A stretch of 55,332 nucleotides of DNA, filler included, from Basidioascus undulatus (GCA_000826855.1; 3 parts of 3 records of this genome joined end to end with filler, not necessarily neighbours in it); one strand, 5' to 3'; counted from the whole stretch's first letter, positions 12,113-24,748 are shown. Translations and numbers: made by a program. Notes: a model not told the origin generated them from the letters alone.

Positions 12113-12871
12113 AGGGAGGAGGAAGGGAGAGGTGGAGATAGAGAGCATGGGGATGGGAGTTGCGGGTTGATGCTAGATCGTTTCGGGAGAGGGACGACAG
12201 AGGGTTGACGATAGAGGATCACGGTTAGAATTAGAGATGCGGTGCTTTTTTTTTTGGGGGAGGGGGGGGGGCTCCGTCCTACCTTTTTTTTTTGTGTTAC
12301 CCAATGTTACCCATCGAAGTGAAAGGCGGAACACGCTCAACATCCATTCTTCGGCTCTTGAGTCGCGAGCGAGCGAGTGAGCTCGTCTTTGCACCGCTCG
12401 CTTCCGGCTTGTCCGCAGGGCGCGCTCCACAGACCTAGTAAGTTAATAAAGTCCACCCCGAACATTCAAAGGCGCCCAAGTAGAAGATACAAGCAGGCTC
12501 GTCATACAAGGCTGCTGGCACACACCCACACACAGCGATCCGACGTTTGACCGGACAACGACGGTGCACGTTCGGATTGCGGGCCGACGAACGGGGTAGT
12601 CCGGCACGCATACGTAGACTACCCCTGCTGATGGATTAATAGCCCGTCATACTAGCCAAGAAACTGCAGGCTGTGCGTGAAAATGCGAAGTCAAAAGCGC
12701 TGCGTGTACTGCCGGAGCGCAGGGCGGCAAGCCAGAGATCCGGACGCCGCTGCAGCTTATCCTCCCATCTTGCCTCTCCACGCCGACTTGGAAAGACACC
12801 CAGACCTCCAGTCTTGATCCCCACATTCCAACCCAACATCTTTTCGGATACTGCTCAGCCAACCCAAAACC

Positions 12872-14368
12872 ATGGTTGGTGCAACCGTCCCCGCTGTTGT
12901 CGAACCCCGCCTCGTCGACACCAGCGCGTCTCTTGACGTCGAGGCCTTCGAGGAAATTTGTACGTATAGGCTTTCTCCGTGCTCATCCACAGCAAGAAAG
13001 TATCTAACATCCTCCGGTTTCTACTTTCTCTACCTCGGTGAACGTACATGATCACACCATGCAGGCTCGCCACGCACCGACCCAGCGGACTACCCGCTCG
13101 CCTTGACCATCTCATCCAACATCCCCATCTACTCCGGCTCGGCCCTTCTCGCCCGTCTGTCCACCCCAAAGGGGGCCCACTCGATCATGGCCGAATGGCA
13201 CCGCTGCCTCCTCCGCGGCCCGGGCGTCTTCGTCATCGAGCGCATGTTCGACCCCGCCGCCGACGCGCCCCTCCTCGAACGCTGCGACGCGGCGTTCGAC
13301 CGCATCATCGCGGACGAGGCGCAAGGGCGCCAGACGAAGGGAGACCACTTTGCGGCGGGGGGCAAGAATGATCGCATCTGGAACTCGTTCCAGAAGCATG
13401 CGGTCGAGAGCCCGCAAGACTTCGTGGAGTACTACTCGAACCAGCTCATGTGAGTGTCTGGACTGCGCTGTCCTTGTGTATTGCTGACGAATCTTGCCTT
13501 TTTATAGCGCTCTCGCGTCTGAGGCCTGGCTCGGGCCGGGCTATGAGATTACAGCCCAGGTCAACATCGTAAAGCCCGGCGGCGCAGCCCAGAAGCCTCA
13601 CCGCGACTACCGTGCGTACTCTCCTCCATTCTTCCCTTACTCCCGCCAAGCAGATATTGTGCCTTCCAGATCTCGGTTTTCAGTCCCAGGCCGTCACCTC
13701 GCTCTTCCCCCTCCCGACGCAAGCGGCCTCCCAGCTGCTCACCCTCCAAGGCGCTGTCGCGCATTCGGACATGCCCCTCCCAACCGGGCCGACGCAGCTC
13801 CTCCCCTACTCACAGCTCTACCCATACGGCTACCTCGCCTACCGCGACCCCTCCTTCGCGACGGCCTTCGCGCGCCTCGCCGTCCAGCTCCCCCTCGCGC
13901 GCGGCGACGGCCTCTTCTTCAACCCCGCGCTCTTCCATGCCGCAGGCGAGAACGTCACGCAGGACGTGCGCCGCTCGGCGAACCTTCTCCAGGTCTCGAG
14001 CGCGTTTGGGAAAGCGATGGAGAGCGTCGATAGGGGATTGATCCTCAAGAGGGTTTGGGATGCGCTGAAGGCGCTGTGGGAGAAGGAGGGTGAGGAGGCC
14101 TCGTTGAAGGTTCAGGCAGCGGTCAAGGCCATCGCGGACGGGTACGCGTTCCCGACTAACCTCGACCTCGACCCGCCGCCGGCGAACGGGGTGCATGCTG
14201 CTAATTTCCTATGCCCTCCTTCTCGTGCTGACCCTTCTTGCAATTCCCCTCCGGAAGCACTGCCCCCCTACTCAGCAGGACCTCGTCTTCCGTGGGCTCG
14301 CCGAGGGCTGGGACGCTGCGACCTTTGGGCGCGAGCTCGATGAGTATCTGGCGAAGCGTATGGCCTGA
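12872..14368 (+). CDS. Phytanoyl-CoA dioxygenase (PhyH) family Fe(II)/2OG dioxygenase
   Basis: DHFAAGGKNDRIWNSFQKHA, AWLGPGYEITAQVNIVKPGGAAQKPHRDY (HxD), LTLQGAVAHSDMP, GDGLFFNPALFHAAG, RSANLLQVSSAFGK. Five exons splice in frame. Confidence 0.92.
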
Positions 14369-15111
14369 GTGAATGATATACTGTGTGGTGACTCCTATCA
14401 TTTGAAGATCTTCCCCGCTTGGAACATTGCAAGCCCCACAAATGCGCCTGCTTCTGGGCATGCCGAGAGCTGCGCGCAATGTTGTACGTCCCTGCCAGCC
14501 ACAGCGTTGAGATAGAATGCCGCAAGGCTGGCTTGGTTTTCTGCTGGGTGCCTCGATGGTTGAAGTTGTGGTCATATGAAAACGGAGCTTCTTGGGATTC
14601 TGTAACGTGTGCCACCATAGAGGACGGGGATGCTGTGAAAGGGACGGTAAACGCCGGGAACCTGATTTCCGCTCCTGGTTATCACAGAAACTGGGAACCG
14701 TAATCGAAATACTGGTCTATATGCTTCCCAAGGACGTGAGCGTCGATCTTGACATTTGGCGCATACGTCTTTCTGCGTTCATGGTGGGTTTGGTAGGGCC
14801 TCTTTGTAGACATTAACTGCGTGTGTCCTGGACCCGCGTATCCGCGAGTGCACGTACCGGGCATCCAAGCACTGTTTTACAGAACTTTGATCCCATTATC
14901 AGGGTAGAAGCAGTAAGCAGCGACAGAGGCCAACGTGTCCCAAGTGCTTCTCGCATAGAAAACCATCCGCGCTGCGGCGTCCAACGCCTCTTGCCACACG
15001 ACCATCATCTCGACTTCGATACCGACTTGCGGGCTACTCTCGCCCACCTCTAACTCAGCCTTCTTCCAGCGCCACTTCAAGCCGACATGCGGACTACCTT
15101 CCAAGGCCCTG

Positions 15112-16364
15112 ATGCTACCGCTACCCGCTCCGTGTCGGGCTCAAGACTCCTCATACGCCGCGATCGAGTGCGTGCCGAACGAGCTGCTCTGCAAGATCGG
15201 AGAGCTCTGCAATCGCGAGGCGCTCAAGTTCTCTATTCAGTCAACTCAAAGATGCGCACGATCTTGCTGCCTGTGATCTTCGAGCATGGCGTTCGCGTTG
15301 CGTGCGGCTCGCTCTGGCATTTCGACGACGCCGTCACGCTCAAGCCGCTCCTCGCCAGCGGGCCGGGGCGCAGCCACCTCTCGTACTTCATGGTGCCCGC
15401 TGAACTATTGGCCGCTTCTCTGGCGCATTTCGATTACAATTCACTAGTTCTGGCTCGACCGACTGCTCTCGATCTCGCTGCCCTCGAAGACATCGTCTCT
15501 CGCCTTCCTGCTCTGCAGCATTTCGCATTCCCGTTTTCGAGCCGGGAAGTCAGAGGCGGAGCGGACCTGTCCTCGTTCTGGAGTGCGCTGGGCAAGTGCG
15601 CGAAACTGCAGAGCCTCAGCATCACAACGATCATGCGCTTCCTCCCTCCTTCGCGGTGGGCTGACCAAGCTGTTTTATCACCCGTTCTCGGAGCAAGCCG
15701 AACCAGGAGCCCACGCCCGAGACGTGTGAGCGCACGCTTGATCTTGTCTGCGCACTGATCGAGCGCAATGCGCCGATTTTGGTCGCTTTGAACATCCACG
15801 CGAGGACGTTTCACTCCCATGCTGCCCTTTTCGGGCAGACGTTCGCAGCCTTACGCTCACACCCAGCGTCTGAAGAGCCTCACAATCTCGGGTCCCTGCT
15901 TCTCGCCGCTCGTGCTCGCCGCGTTTCCCTTCTCTTCTATCCGTTCACTCAAATTGCTCCACGTTCCGTCTGACGAAAACATCTACCAGTCGACCACGCA
16001 CCTGCAGCGCCTTGACGTCGCGTGGACAACGTCTCAACCCTCAGGAGTCTTCAAACACCAGCGCGGCTGCGCTTGTTGAAGTTTAGGGCCCGCTTTGGTT
16101 TGGAGGACCTTGCCGAGATCTTGCGGCGCTGCTCCAAACTGCGGGAACTTTCAGTTAGGTGACTTTCTCATGTGGCAGGTGAGGAAGCTCTTCACATCCA
16201 CTAGTTACCGTCACTCTCCTCTGCAACGATCCAACGCTGATTTCGGGGCGCCTTTAGCCAGCATACATCGACGTCCTCGCCTAGGCCGCCCGGCTCGAGA
16301 CGCTGGAGATCTCCTCGGTGGAGTTCGAAGAGGATGGGGTCGGCGCCGGTGCGACCGCGTCTGA
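15112..16364 (+). pseudogene. F-box / RNI-like LRR protein, frameshifted
   Basis: ATG 15112 gives IECVPNELLCKIGELCNREALK (F-box-like), which continues as VLYSVNSKMRTILLPVIF only after a 1-nt shift near 15228. Downstream LRR-like units: LPALQHFAF, CAKLQSLSI, QRLKSLTISG, SIRSLKL, THLQRLDV. Confidence 0.55.
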
Positions 16365-17476
16365 GGGCGACGCGAGTTGAACCGAACGCAGCAAAGAACT
16401 GCACACCAGTCGTGAGGACGCTGGTCTCACGCCTAGCGCTGCTCACGAACGTAAGGTAGACATGCTGGCATTGGGAGGACGCCGTCAAGTTTTCTTGGAA
16501 TGTGAAGGAGGGGAACATCATTACATGTAGCATCCAGTACCGATGATGTGAACGCCGTGTTCGTTCTTATGGATGCCTGCGCATGAGTGGGGGTTTGCCA
16601 CTTGTCCAACTCTCAACCACCCGAGAATGCTCCCCGCCGCTCTGCGGAGAGCCTCCGGAGGCCGCGGAATTAAAGTGCCCAAGCGTCCAGGCACGGGTCG
16701 AGTAATAATGAGGACCTCATGCGCAGCTGAAACGAAGCGAAAGTGAGGCATGACACCGGGTCGTTGCCCAATCGGAGGAGTTTGGCCGACGGGGTTGTGT
16801 GACGGCGCGGGATCGACGGAGCGAAGAAGCGAGGGAGCAGGGAGTAGGGAAGTATGGCCGAGGGAGGCCTGTGGAAGTGTTATAAACGGGCTCGGACGGG
16901 ACGAGAAGGGGAGGTGTATGCTGTGGCTGGGTGTGATCGAGGGCATGACTTGGCGCGGGTTCGAGCCAGCCACAGCGAGCCTACGTGCTGCCAGTATGCC
17001 AGCTTCCACCGCGTATGGTGGGACGGGTGGGAGGAAGGGCGAGGAACGAGCGGTTGGGAAAACGGCACGGATCGAGTCAGGTGCAGTGCGATGCCATCGA
17101 ACAGTGAGCGTGAACGAGCAACTACATCCAGGATTTGTCGCGAGCGTGCGGGGCTGCGGAGCGTCAGCGCCAAGCGAGGTGATACGGACGAGAAAAGAGA
17201 ACGAGAAGGGGTTCGGGAAGGCGAAGCGGAGAGGCAGGTGCCTCGCGAGGGTGAGCGGTAGATTGAGGTACGATCGAAGGATGACCGAGTGAGGAAAGCT
17301 CGGGACACGGCGGTGAGCGTGCGTGTCAGTGCTCGAGCGACGAAGCGGTGCGCCGCCCCCGTAAGCGTCGAAAGAGCCCGGCCGCCTCGCGGCATACTCC
17401 CTGCAAACCGCGCACCCAAGGCCATATCATCGTATCTATCTCCCCTTAACCCGCGCCACTCCACACCCCGCGCCAC

Positions 17477-18175
17477 TCAGGTACAAGCCTTAGCCTTGAA
17501 CCCGGGGGCGTACGACTCGCCCGGCCGGAGCGCGCCGCGGACGCGCTGTTCCCAGACCGCACCCAGCCCCATTTGAGCATGAGCAAGCGCGAATAGGAGG
17601 TAAAGGATGAGAAGAGGACAAACGCACCTTGCCATGCTGCACCCTCGGCCCCCACCTGCGGAACATCTTCTGGGGCTTCGCCTCGCGCGCGTACTTCTTG
17701 GGGTCGTATCCTTGGCTGTGCGCGCCCCCGCACGCATCCAACGCTCAGCACCTTGCCTCTCCTCTCGCCCAAGGAAACGAAAGAGAGTCAGAGTCAGAAG
17801 ACGCACCGGAACTTTTCGAGCCCCCATGCAAAGTACTTGCGGTCCCTGGGACCGATGCCCATGGCCTCCATTTGCTTGGTCTTAAGCGAGAAGAGCTCCT
17901 CCCAGGTCTCGACTTTCAGTTTGGTGTCTGCGGAGCGGCCGAGGGCGGTGAGGAAGTCGGCGGGGGTGGTGTATGGGCCTGCGAGGAGGGGTTTAGTCTC
18001 TTTGGGAAGAGGAAGGGAGAGGGAAGAGAGGAGAAATGGAGGGAGGGGGAGGAGAGGGTGTACCTCGGGGTTGGGGGATGATGGGCGTCCGGGCGATGGG
18101 GGTCGTGCTGAGGGCGCGAGTTGCGGTGGAGAAAGAGCAGGACGCGCGGGGTAGCCGGGAGAAGAGGAAAGACAT
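17477..18175 (-). CDS. FYV4: Mitochondrial small ribosomal subunit protein mS41 (IGR-motif, Fyv4-like)
   Basis: Presequence-like MSFLFSRLPRASCSFSTATRALSTT, then DFLTALGR..VETWEELFSLKTKQMEAMGIGPRDRKYFAWGLEKFR|QG (IGR domain), then WGPRVQHGK. Four exons. Confidence 0.85.
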
Positions 18176-18408
18176 GGCGGGAATGGAGCGAGCGAGGAGG
18201 AAGAGGCGGAGGATGAGAGTCAAGGCCAAGGGAGAAGACCGCGGCCGGGAGCAAAGCCGCCTACTAATTAGCCCGGTCATAGTGGCCCAATAAATCCACA
18301 ATAATAGTGCCCCTTGCCCTCGCTTGCGCCTTGTCTTCCACATTCAGGGTATCTTTTTGGGGGCTATCTTTGTGCGTCTCCCCCTTGCGCCTCTTTCTCC
18401 CCTGCGCC

Positions 18409-18508
18409 NNNNNNNNNNNNNNNNNNNNNNNNNNNNNNNNNNNNNNNNNNNNTTAATTAATTAANNNNNNNNNNNNNNNNNNNNNNNNNNNNNNNNNNNN
18501 NNNNNNNN
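18409..18508. other. Artificial contig spacer (44 N + TTAATTAATTAA + 44 N)
   Basis: 100-nt spacer with stops in all six frames; identical to the spacer at 36877-36976. Confidence 0.98.
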
Positions 18509-18655
18509 GATGGGTGGGCGAAGGGCGGGGAGGAGGGGGCGGTGAGGTGTGGGCTGGTCGTTGCAAGGAAACCGAGGGATTGACTGCACAATGCGATGCG
18601 ATGGAATGCGTGCATGCTCTTCGACTGTCCAAGGAACCCCCTCCGTTCCGACCCT

Positions 18656-19097
18656 TCAATCAACAGACACGCCCTTATCCCACAGCTCGTTCTTCGCCTG
18701 GTCGATCTCCTTTCCCCACCCACCCCCAACCGCATCAGCCAACCCCTCCTTTACGCACAAGCGTAAAAGATACCAAACGCACCTCCAGCAGCTCCCGATG
18801 CGCCTCCGGACACTCCCTAAACGTCCACAGCCCCCACCCAATGCTGCCCAGCGAATAGCTCCCGAACGTCACGAGCGCCCACCACGGAAGCTGTTCGTCC
18901 GCCCACCACCCCTCAAACACGTCAGCCTGGCTGCGAAGGGCGGAGATGATTCCGGGAGGGAGACGCACGACCGGCAGGATCGCGTCCTTTGCGGAGGAGG
19001 CGAGGAACGGGAGAGGGAGGACGTCGACCAGCGCGAGGACGTAAAGCGCTGAGAGAACCGTGGAGAGGAGGAGAAACTTCTGGAACCCGGTGGGCAT
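18656..19097 (-). CDS. DPM3: Dolichol-phosphate mannosyltransferase subunit 3
   Basis: MPTGFQKFLLL..ILPV|LPWWALVTFGSYSLGSIGWGLWTFRECPEAHRELLE|EIDQAKNELWDKGVSVD*. Three exons with the typical DPM3 motifs. Confidence 0.93.
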
Positions 19098-19445
19098 GCT
19101 GGGCTTGGTATGTCTGGTGTGTGGAAGTGGAAGTCGGGCCCAGCGTGCTTGCGTGACAGGGTGAGGAGCGGGTGCGGCGCCGCGGATGCTCTTGAAGTGC
19201 ACCGCGGATGGTTCTGGAATGAACTGAGGAGCGTCGGCGTTAGGCAATAAGCGCCAGGGGCGCGTTCACTTTAAGAACACCGCCTTGGCCACACTGCCTC
19301 CTCCATCTCACCATCACCATCTATCTCCCTTGCCACGCCCTGGCACCAGCGCTCGCTGCGCCACCGCATCTCTCCGGCGCTCATTACGGAACGGGTTCTT
19401 CGCAGCCAGGTCCAGTCTCTCTCCGTTCTTTGCGGCGAAATGCCT

Positions 19446-20320
19446 GTGCTCCTCGCTCGCCACAGCGATCTTGGGACTGGGGGATTTGAAGGCCAGGACC
19501 AGCATCTCGCGATGATTGCGCTCCTCGCCCATTTTCGAGACAGTGAGTAGAGCTCTGTAGGACGTATTGGCTATTCCGCACGGTCGTTGAACCCAGAGGC
19601 TCTGCGGCACTGCCAGGATCAGCGTGCACGCTTGCCGCGTTTCGCGCCGCAGCGTCGTGACTGTCTCCTCGCTCGCCACAACAGCCTTTCTCGCCGCAGC
19701 GATTTGGGAACTGGGGGATCCGAAGGCCAGGACCAGCGTCTCGCGACGTCTGCGTACCTCGCCGCTTCGTGGTTGGTGAGTATCTTTGTTCATCGCTGTC
19801 CCGCACGGTCGTTGAACCCCCGAGGCTTTCCGGTATCGCCAGGACCAGCGTGCACGTTCGCCGCGCTCCGCGCCGCAGCGTCGTGACTGTCTCCTCGCTC
19901 GCCACAGCAGCTTCCCCGCACTGCGACGATTGCCTATGAAGGGATCGCAAGGCCAGGACCAGCGTCTCGCGACGTCTGCGTACCTCGCCCATTTTTGGGA
20001 TGGTGAGTAGAGCTCCGTAGGTGGTGTTGGCTATCGCGCACGGTCGTTGAACTTCGAGGGCTCTTCGGCATGGTCAGGACCAGCGTGCTCGCTCGCCGCG
20101 CTTCGCGCCGCAGCGTCGTGACTGTTTCCTCGCTCGCCACAGCAGCCCTTTCTCCGGTTCATAGCAGAGCACGACCGTCCCTCTGCGTTCCCGTACGTAC
20201 CCCTGTGCAATCCCGCGCACGTCCACGCATGCCTACCACGCTCTCCTTCCATGACGCCAGGACCAGCGTTACCGAGCCGTGCTCCCCCGCACCGCGACGT
20301 TCTGCCTGTGTACCTCGCAT
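19446..20320. repeat. Degenerate higher-order tandem repeat (~115-bp A/B monomers, ~230-bp dimer, about 3 copies plus decayed copies)
   Basis: GCCAGGACCAGC-like core at 19492, 19612, 19726, 19838, 19952, 20073 and 20256 (also 20423, 20747). CGCACGGTCGTTGAAC and CGCCGCAGCGTCGTGACTGT.TCCTCGCTCGCCACA recur every ~225-235 bp. Confidence 0.9.
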
Positions 20321-20878
20321 CCCTAGCCGCAGCAGCATAGCGTAGCAGCCACAGGCTCGTGCGTCTTCCTCTTCATTGTCTCCTCCCACTCGTACACTTG
20401 CCTACGGCTCCCTCCCCGCAAAGCCAGGACCAGCCCGAGGTCGGCCGTGCATCAGCACCGCGTCCTCTCGCCTGCGTTTCCTCGCTTCAGCGCACAGTTC
20501 GCTCAGTCGTTGCGAGGATCGTACGTCTCCCCTCTCCTCTCATTGTATCGAAGCGTACCTACACGGCGGGTTGGTTATGTGGGAGCCAGGTCCAGTTCGA
20601 GTGCTGCCGTGCTTGCCACCGCGCACTCTTGCCTGTCCATCTCGCTTCCCTCCTACGAGGTCCAGCTGCAGGTCCGCTCTCCTTTCTACCTCTTTCCTGT
20701 TTCTCCCCACCCCATCGGTACCTCCGCTGCTCCGCCGACCCGGCACGCCAGGACCAGCTTGGCATCCCGCCGCGTGTGCGTTCGTTCCCCACGGCAGCGG
20801 CACGCCGTGCACCCAAGCCTGCGCTACCTCGCGGCCGTTCTGCGTATGCTCCAGAAGTGGCAGGTTTGAAAGCTGCAA

Positions 20879-20913
20879 CGACACCGTCTCGACACCGTCT
20901 CGACACCGTCTCG
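20879..20913. repeat. 11-bp tandem repeat (CGACACCGTCT)x3
   Basis: Three perfect copies read directly from the sequence. Confidence 0.9.
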
Positions 20914-21434
20914 TTCCTCAGCCCGAGTCGGTAAGCGGCTCCGCACCCTCTCCTCGGTCGCGCACCAGGAACTGAACGGCGATGGTGCCCCCTCCTCCCT
21001 CCTCTCTTCCCTTTTTCTTCTTTTCCCTTCCGCTTCTCTCCACTCTTCCTCTTCCCGCCCATTTTCTCGCCGGGTCTTCCCACTTTCTCGTGCCTTGCCC
21101 TGCAGGCTCACAGCGTCCCCGTGTATTGCCTCCATCCCCTTCCCTCTTTTCGGGGGGACGCTGCAGGGCATGTTCGTCGTCTGTGCTGCCTGCCCGCGCG
21201 GCGGTCGGCCAGTCCGGACGGCGAGTATGCCCTGCGGTGATTCGGAGAGGAGCGGGATGTTATCTTGTGCGCCGATGGATGGATGGCGGATGGGTGGGGG
21301 ATATGCCGAGCTTGGCTTGCTTTTCATTCCGCCTATCGCGTGTGTGCGACTCCACCGCGTACTTCTCTGATAAACGAACCACAAACCATTCGCTGCGCTA
21401 GACCTCCATACTACCCTCTCCCGTCGCGCCGGTA

Positions 21435-22492
21435 TGGCGCCTCTGCTCTCCCTCTCACGCGTCCTCGCGCTCAGCGCTTTCACACCATCATTCTCGCGGG
21501 TGGCCGCCCTGCCGCAGGGAGAGCGGCGCGGAGACAGCGGCCGCCCCAGCGTCCTCATCCTCGGGGGTGGGATGGCGGGCTCGCGCGCCGCATCGCGCTT
21601 TCGGAGGCGGGCGTACACGACTGGGTCCTCCTCGAGGCGAGGGAGTGAGCTGGGTGGGCGGCTGCAGGACGCGCAGATCGGGAACTGGACTGTCGAGTTG
21701 GGGGCGAATTGGTGCATTTTCTCTCAGAAGCTCACCTCCTGACTGATAAAGAACTTAACAGGATACAAGGCCTCGGCAACGGCACCGCAGCCAACCCGAT
21801 CTTGGACTCTCACGCAGCGATACAACCTCTCCAACACCTACTCGGAGTACGACGACCTGGCCGCGTACGACAACGCCGGCCTGCTTAACGCGACAGCCGT
21901 CCTCGAACGCTCGGACGCGTTCTGGGACGCATTTGACGGGTTCACGGCGCTCGCGGGCGGGCGGCGCGACGCGGGGCGCGTGGACTTGAGTGCGCGCGCG
22001 GGGCTCAGGCAGGCCTGGTGGAAGCCACGGGACTATGTGGATAGAGCGGTGGAGTTCTTCAACTTCAATAGTGAGTGTTAGGGTATGTGGGGTGCTGGAG
22101 GGTGGATCTGATGAGGTGATTTGCAGTGGAGTACGGACAGTCGCCCGAGGCGTCCTCGTGGATTTACAGTTCAGTGAACAACAACGAGGTACGCCTCGGC
22201 AGCTTTACCTGTATTTGGTCGTCCTATTCTGACAACGTTGTCCATGAAGACCTTCAATCTCGAACGAGAACAACCTCGTCCACGACGCGCGCGGGTTCAA
22301 GACGATCGTCCAGGCCGAGATGTCTGCGCTCGGCGCCGACAGCGGGAGCGTCCGCCTCAACAGCACGATCACCAAAATCGCGTACTCGGAGGACAGCGTC
22401 GCGGTGAGCCTGGCCAGTGGGGAGGTCCTCGAGGCCGACTACGCGATCTGCACGTGCAGCGTTGGGGTGCTGCAGCATGACGGTGCCTTTTA
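21435..22492 (+). pseudogene. Secreted flavin-dependent polyamine/amine oxidase, frameshifted and 3'-truncated
   Basis: Signal-like N-terminus, VLILGGGMAG (FAD), LLEAR..ELGGR, TVELGANW|IQG, RGFKTIV, VRLNSTITKIAYS, EADYAICTCSVGVLQHD. Frameshifts near 21580, 21641 and 21810; the C-terminal ~200 aa were not found downstream. Confidence 0.85.
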
Positions 22493-22709
22493 GTTTCCGG
22501 CTGCAGTTTTGCCTTCTCCTTCCCATTGAAAGTCATCATCCTCGCCGAGGAAATTTTTGCGGTATACTTGCCTTTGCTGAGTAATTACAGACCTTCTGAG
22601 TGTCTGATCCCTTTCACATTCAAACACACAACATGTGAAAGAAAGCTCTGCAGTTCAAACACAACCGTGCGCTCTACAGTGCCAAGGGATCCTCTATGAT
22701 TCGACCCAA

Positions 22710-23453
22710 TCAAGCCACAGGCTTCGTAGCAACCAGAACATAGGTAGTTGGCGACCCAAACATCACCCCAAACCAGTCCAGCTCTTTCAATCTCCGTCCA
22801 CCCAGCTCCCGCAACGTGGACTCGTACCCGCTCACGTACGGGAAAAAGTCCATCAAGACGAGGTGCCCACCAGGGCGGCATACGCGCGCACATTCGCGCA
22901 CGGCGGCCTTCCGTCCCTGGCCGTCGATATTGTGCACGGTAAGTGATGAAGTAACGAGGGCGAAAGCGTCATCGGCGAAGGGCATGTGGGTGAACGAGCC
23001 GCGGTGGAGGACGGTCTGGTCGAGGACGGCGAGCGCTGCGGCGTTGTGGAACGTGGCGAGCGGGGCGTTCCCGCTCTGTCGGAAGTCACGAAGAGGTCGA
23101 CGACGTACACGGGGACGACGTTCCCAGGAGTGGCCCAGCTGTTAGCGAGGGCCTTCTTCTTGGCCGTAAGGCGAAGCAGGACGAGTCCGCGCCCGCACCC
23201 GGCGTCGAGCACGGGCGCGGCGAAGTCGACAGACCGAGGGAGTCGATCGTGCGGTCCCAGAACTCGAACTTGCACCGGACGGTGGCATGAAGGTAGAGCG
23301 GGGCGAGCGATGTGAGGAGACTAGGCCGAGGGGCGAGTCGATCCCGTATGAGGGTTGCTTGGGGCCGGACGGGGTCGAGTGATCGGAGCGCAGCTCAGCG
23401 ATGAGGTCGGTCGGAGGGGGAGAAGCGAGGTAGACGATTGAGTTGGAGGTCAT
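22710..23453 (-). pseudogene. Class I SAM-dependent methyltransferase, intronless and frameshifted
   Basis: YGIDSP, VLDAGCGRG (motif I), MPFADDAFALVTSSLTVHN and ECARVCRPGGHLVLMD are spread over three separate ORFs (23142-23453, 22853-23275, 22710-22985). Confidence 0.8.
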
Positions 23454-23625
23454 TTTGTGATTGCACGGCGATCGAAATCGAGTTGGAGGATCGAAGATCT
23501 AGATGTTGGACTTGATGAGCGATGTCCACGCTGCCGGTTAGATCGCCTACTTCGGGCATTCGAATCGCCCGCCAACATCGTGCGGGTATGATGTAGGAAA
23601 CTCATGCTTTGCTCCTTTCTCGACT

Positions 23626-24287
23626 TCATTGCCCCGGAACCTTGCCCAGTATATCCCGCAAGTTGCCTTGTGCCTCCCGGAACTGCTTCTCAAGGTACTA
23701 GACGAGGACATGCTCGTCGTCAGCATGCTGGGTGGAGATCGGTCAAGGGTGAGCGGGTAAGCAACGAACCTTCGCCTTCTTCTCCAAGTTAACCAAATCA
23801 TCGGTAACACTCTTCTCCTGATCCGCCAGCTGGGTCATGATCTGATCCCGAGGTACCGCCATGAACCTGTGTCGCCCGCCGCCCAGATTCAGCGGTCACC
23901 ACCAGCATAACCCCCCGCACCACATCATTGCGCCCTCCTCCAATTGCAAGATTCAGGTCTACGATGGAAGATCCCACTCACATCTTGCCCACCCCCTCAT
24001 AGAACCCCCCATCCCCGTCCTTCGGAATCGAGTCGAGCTCAGCTCGCGTGAGCTGCGTCAGGCGCTTCTCGCGCTCTTTCGCTTGCCGCTGGGCGGCGAC
24101 CACCCGCAAGGACTTCTCGGCCTGCACGCCCTGTTGTTGAATCTGGAAGAGGACCTGCGAAGCAAAGGCAAGGGTGTCAGCTCCGGGAAGCGAGAAGACT
24201 CGCCGTAGGCTCTGGCGCCTCGCGATCAGCAGAATGGTGGTGGTAACGGACTTTGCGGAGCGCTTCGTCGTTGAGAGGTCCCGCCAT
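23626..24287 (-). CDS. PFD1: Prefoldin subunit 1
   Basis: MAGPLNDEALRK|VLFQIQQQ..KEREKRLTQLTRAELDSIP..FYEGVGKM|FMAVPR..LEKKAK|YLEKQFREAQGNLRDIL. The 3' end could alternatively splice to a stop at 23538. Confidence 0.88.
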
Positions 24288-24748
24288 TTTGATTGTTAAT
24301 GCTCAAAAGGTAGTAGACGCGAGGGTGAGCAGATGGAGGTCGGGAGCCAGCAGTGGGGGCGCGTTCTTGAGCGCGCTTTCGCGCCCGCGCCGGGTTGCCC
24401 TCCGCTCACACCATCGCTTCTCCCCGCCTCCTCGTTCTTGTCAGTTTGGTTCTCACCAATATGCAGGCATCTCGTTTCGATTCGTACAGACTGTATCGTT
24501 TGCACTTTGCTCTGTGCTCTGGGCGATCAAGCTCCACTTCAAACGCCTGCGTGTCGGGACCGCCAGATGCTCATCCCGGCTTGTCGCCCCTAGGGCCCCG
24601 TCGACTTTGCTGACACTTATCGAGTGTCTGTACCGGCGCATCGCTAATCTACACACACAGTCACCTCATTTGAATGCACATGTCATCGTCTGACACATTC
24701 GTGTTTCTTGCGCTTGCTCAGACACATCATCCACTTGTCCTCTCCTTC

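Noticed and set aside
18453..18464. Palindromic TTAATTAATTAA motif, also at 36921-36932
   Set aside because: It is centred in identical 100-nt N spacers, so it is a synthetic contig linker. Adjacency across these gaps is unproven.
19492..20760. CRISPR-like appearance of a recurring 12-bp core
   Set aside because: The core is too short, the intervening sequences are themselves repeated, there are no cas genes and the context is eukaryotic.
7696..23453. Secondary-metabolite cluster (SDR, dioxygenase, oxidase, methyltransferase)
   Set aside because: No PKS/NRPS/terpene backbone gene, housekeeping genes are interspersed, a contig gap lies inside, and two members are pseudogenes.
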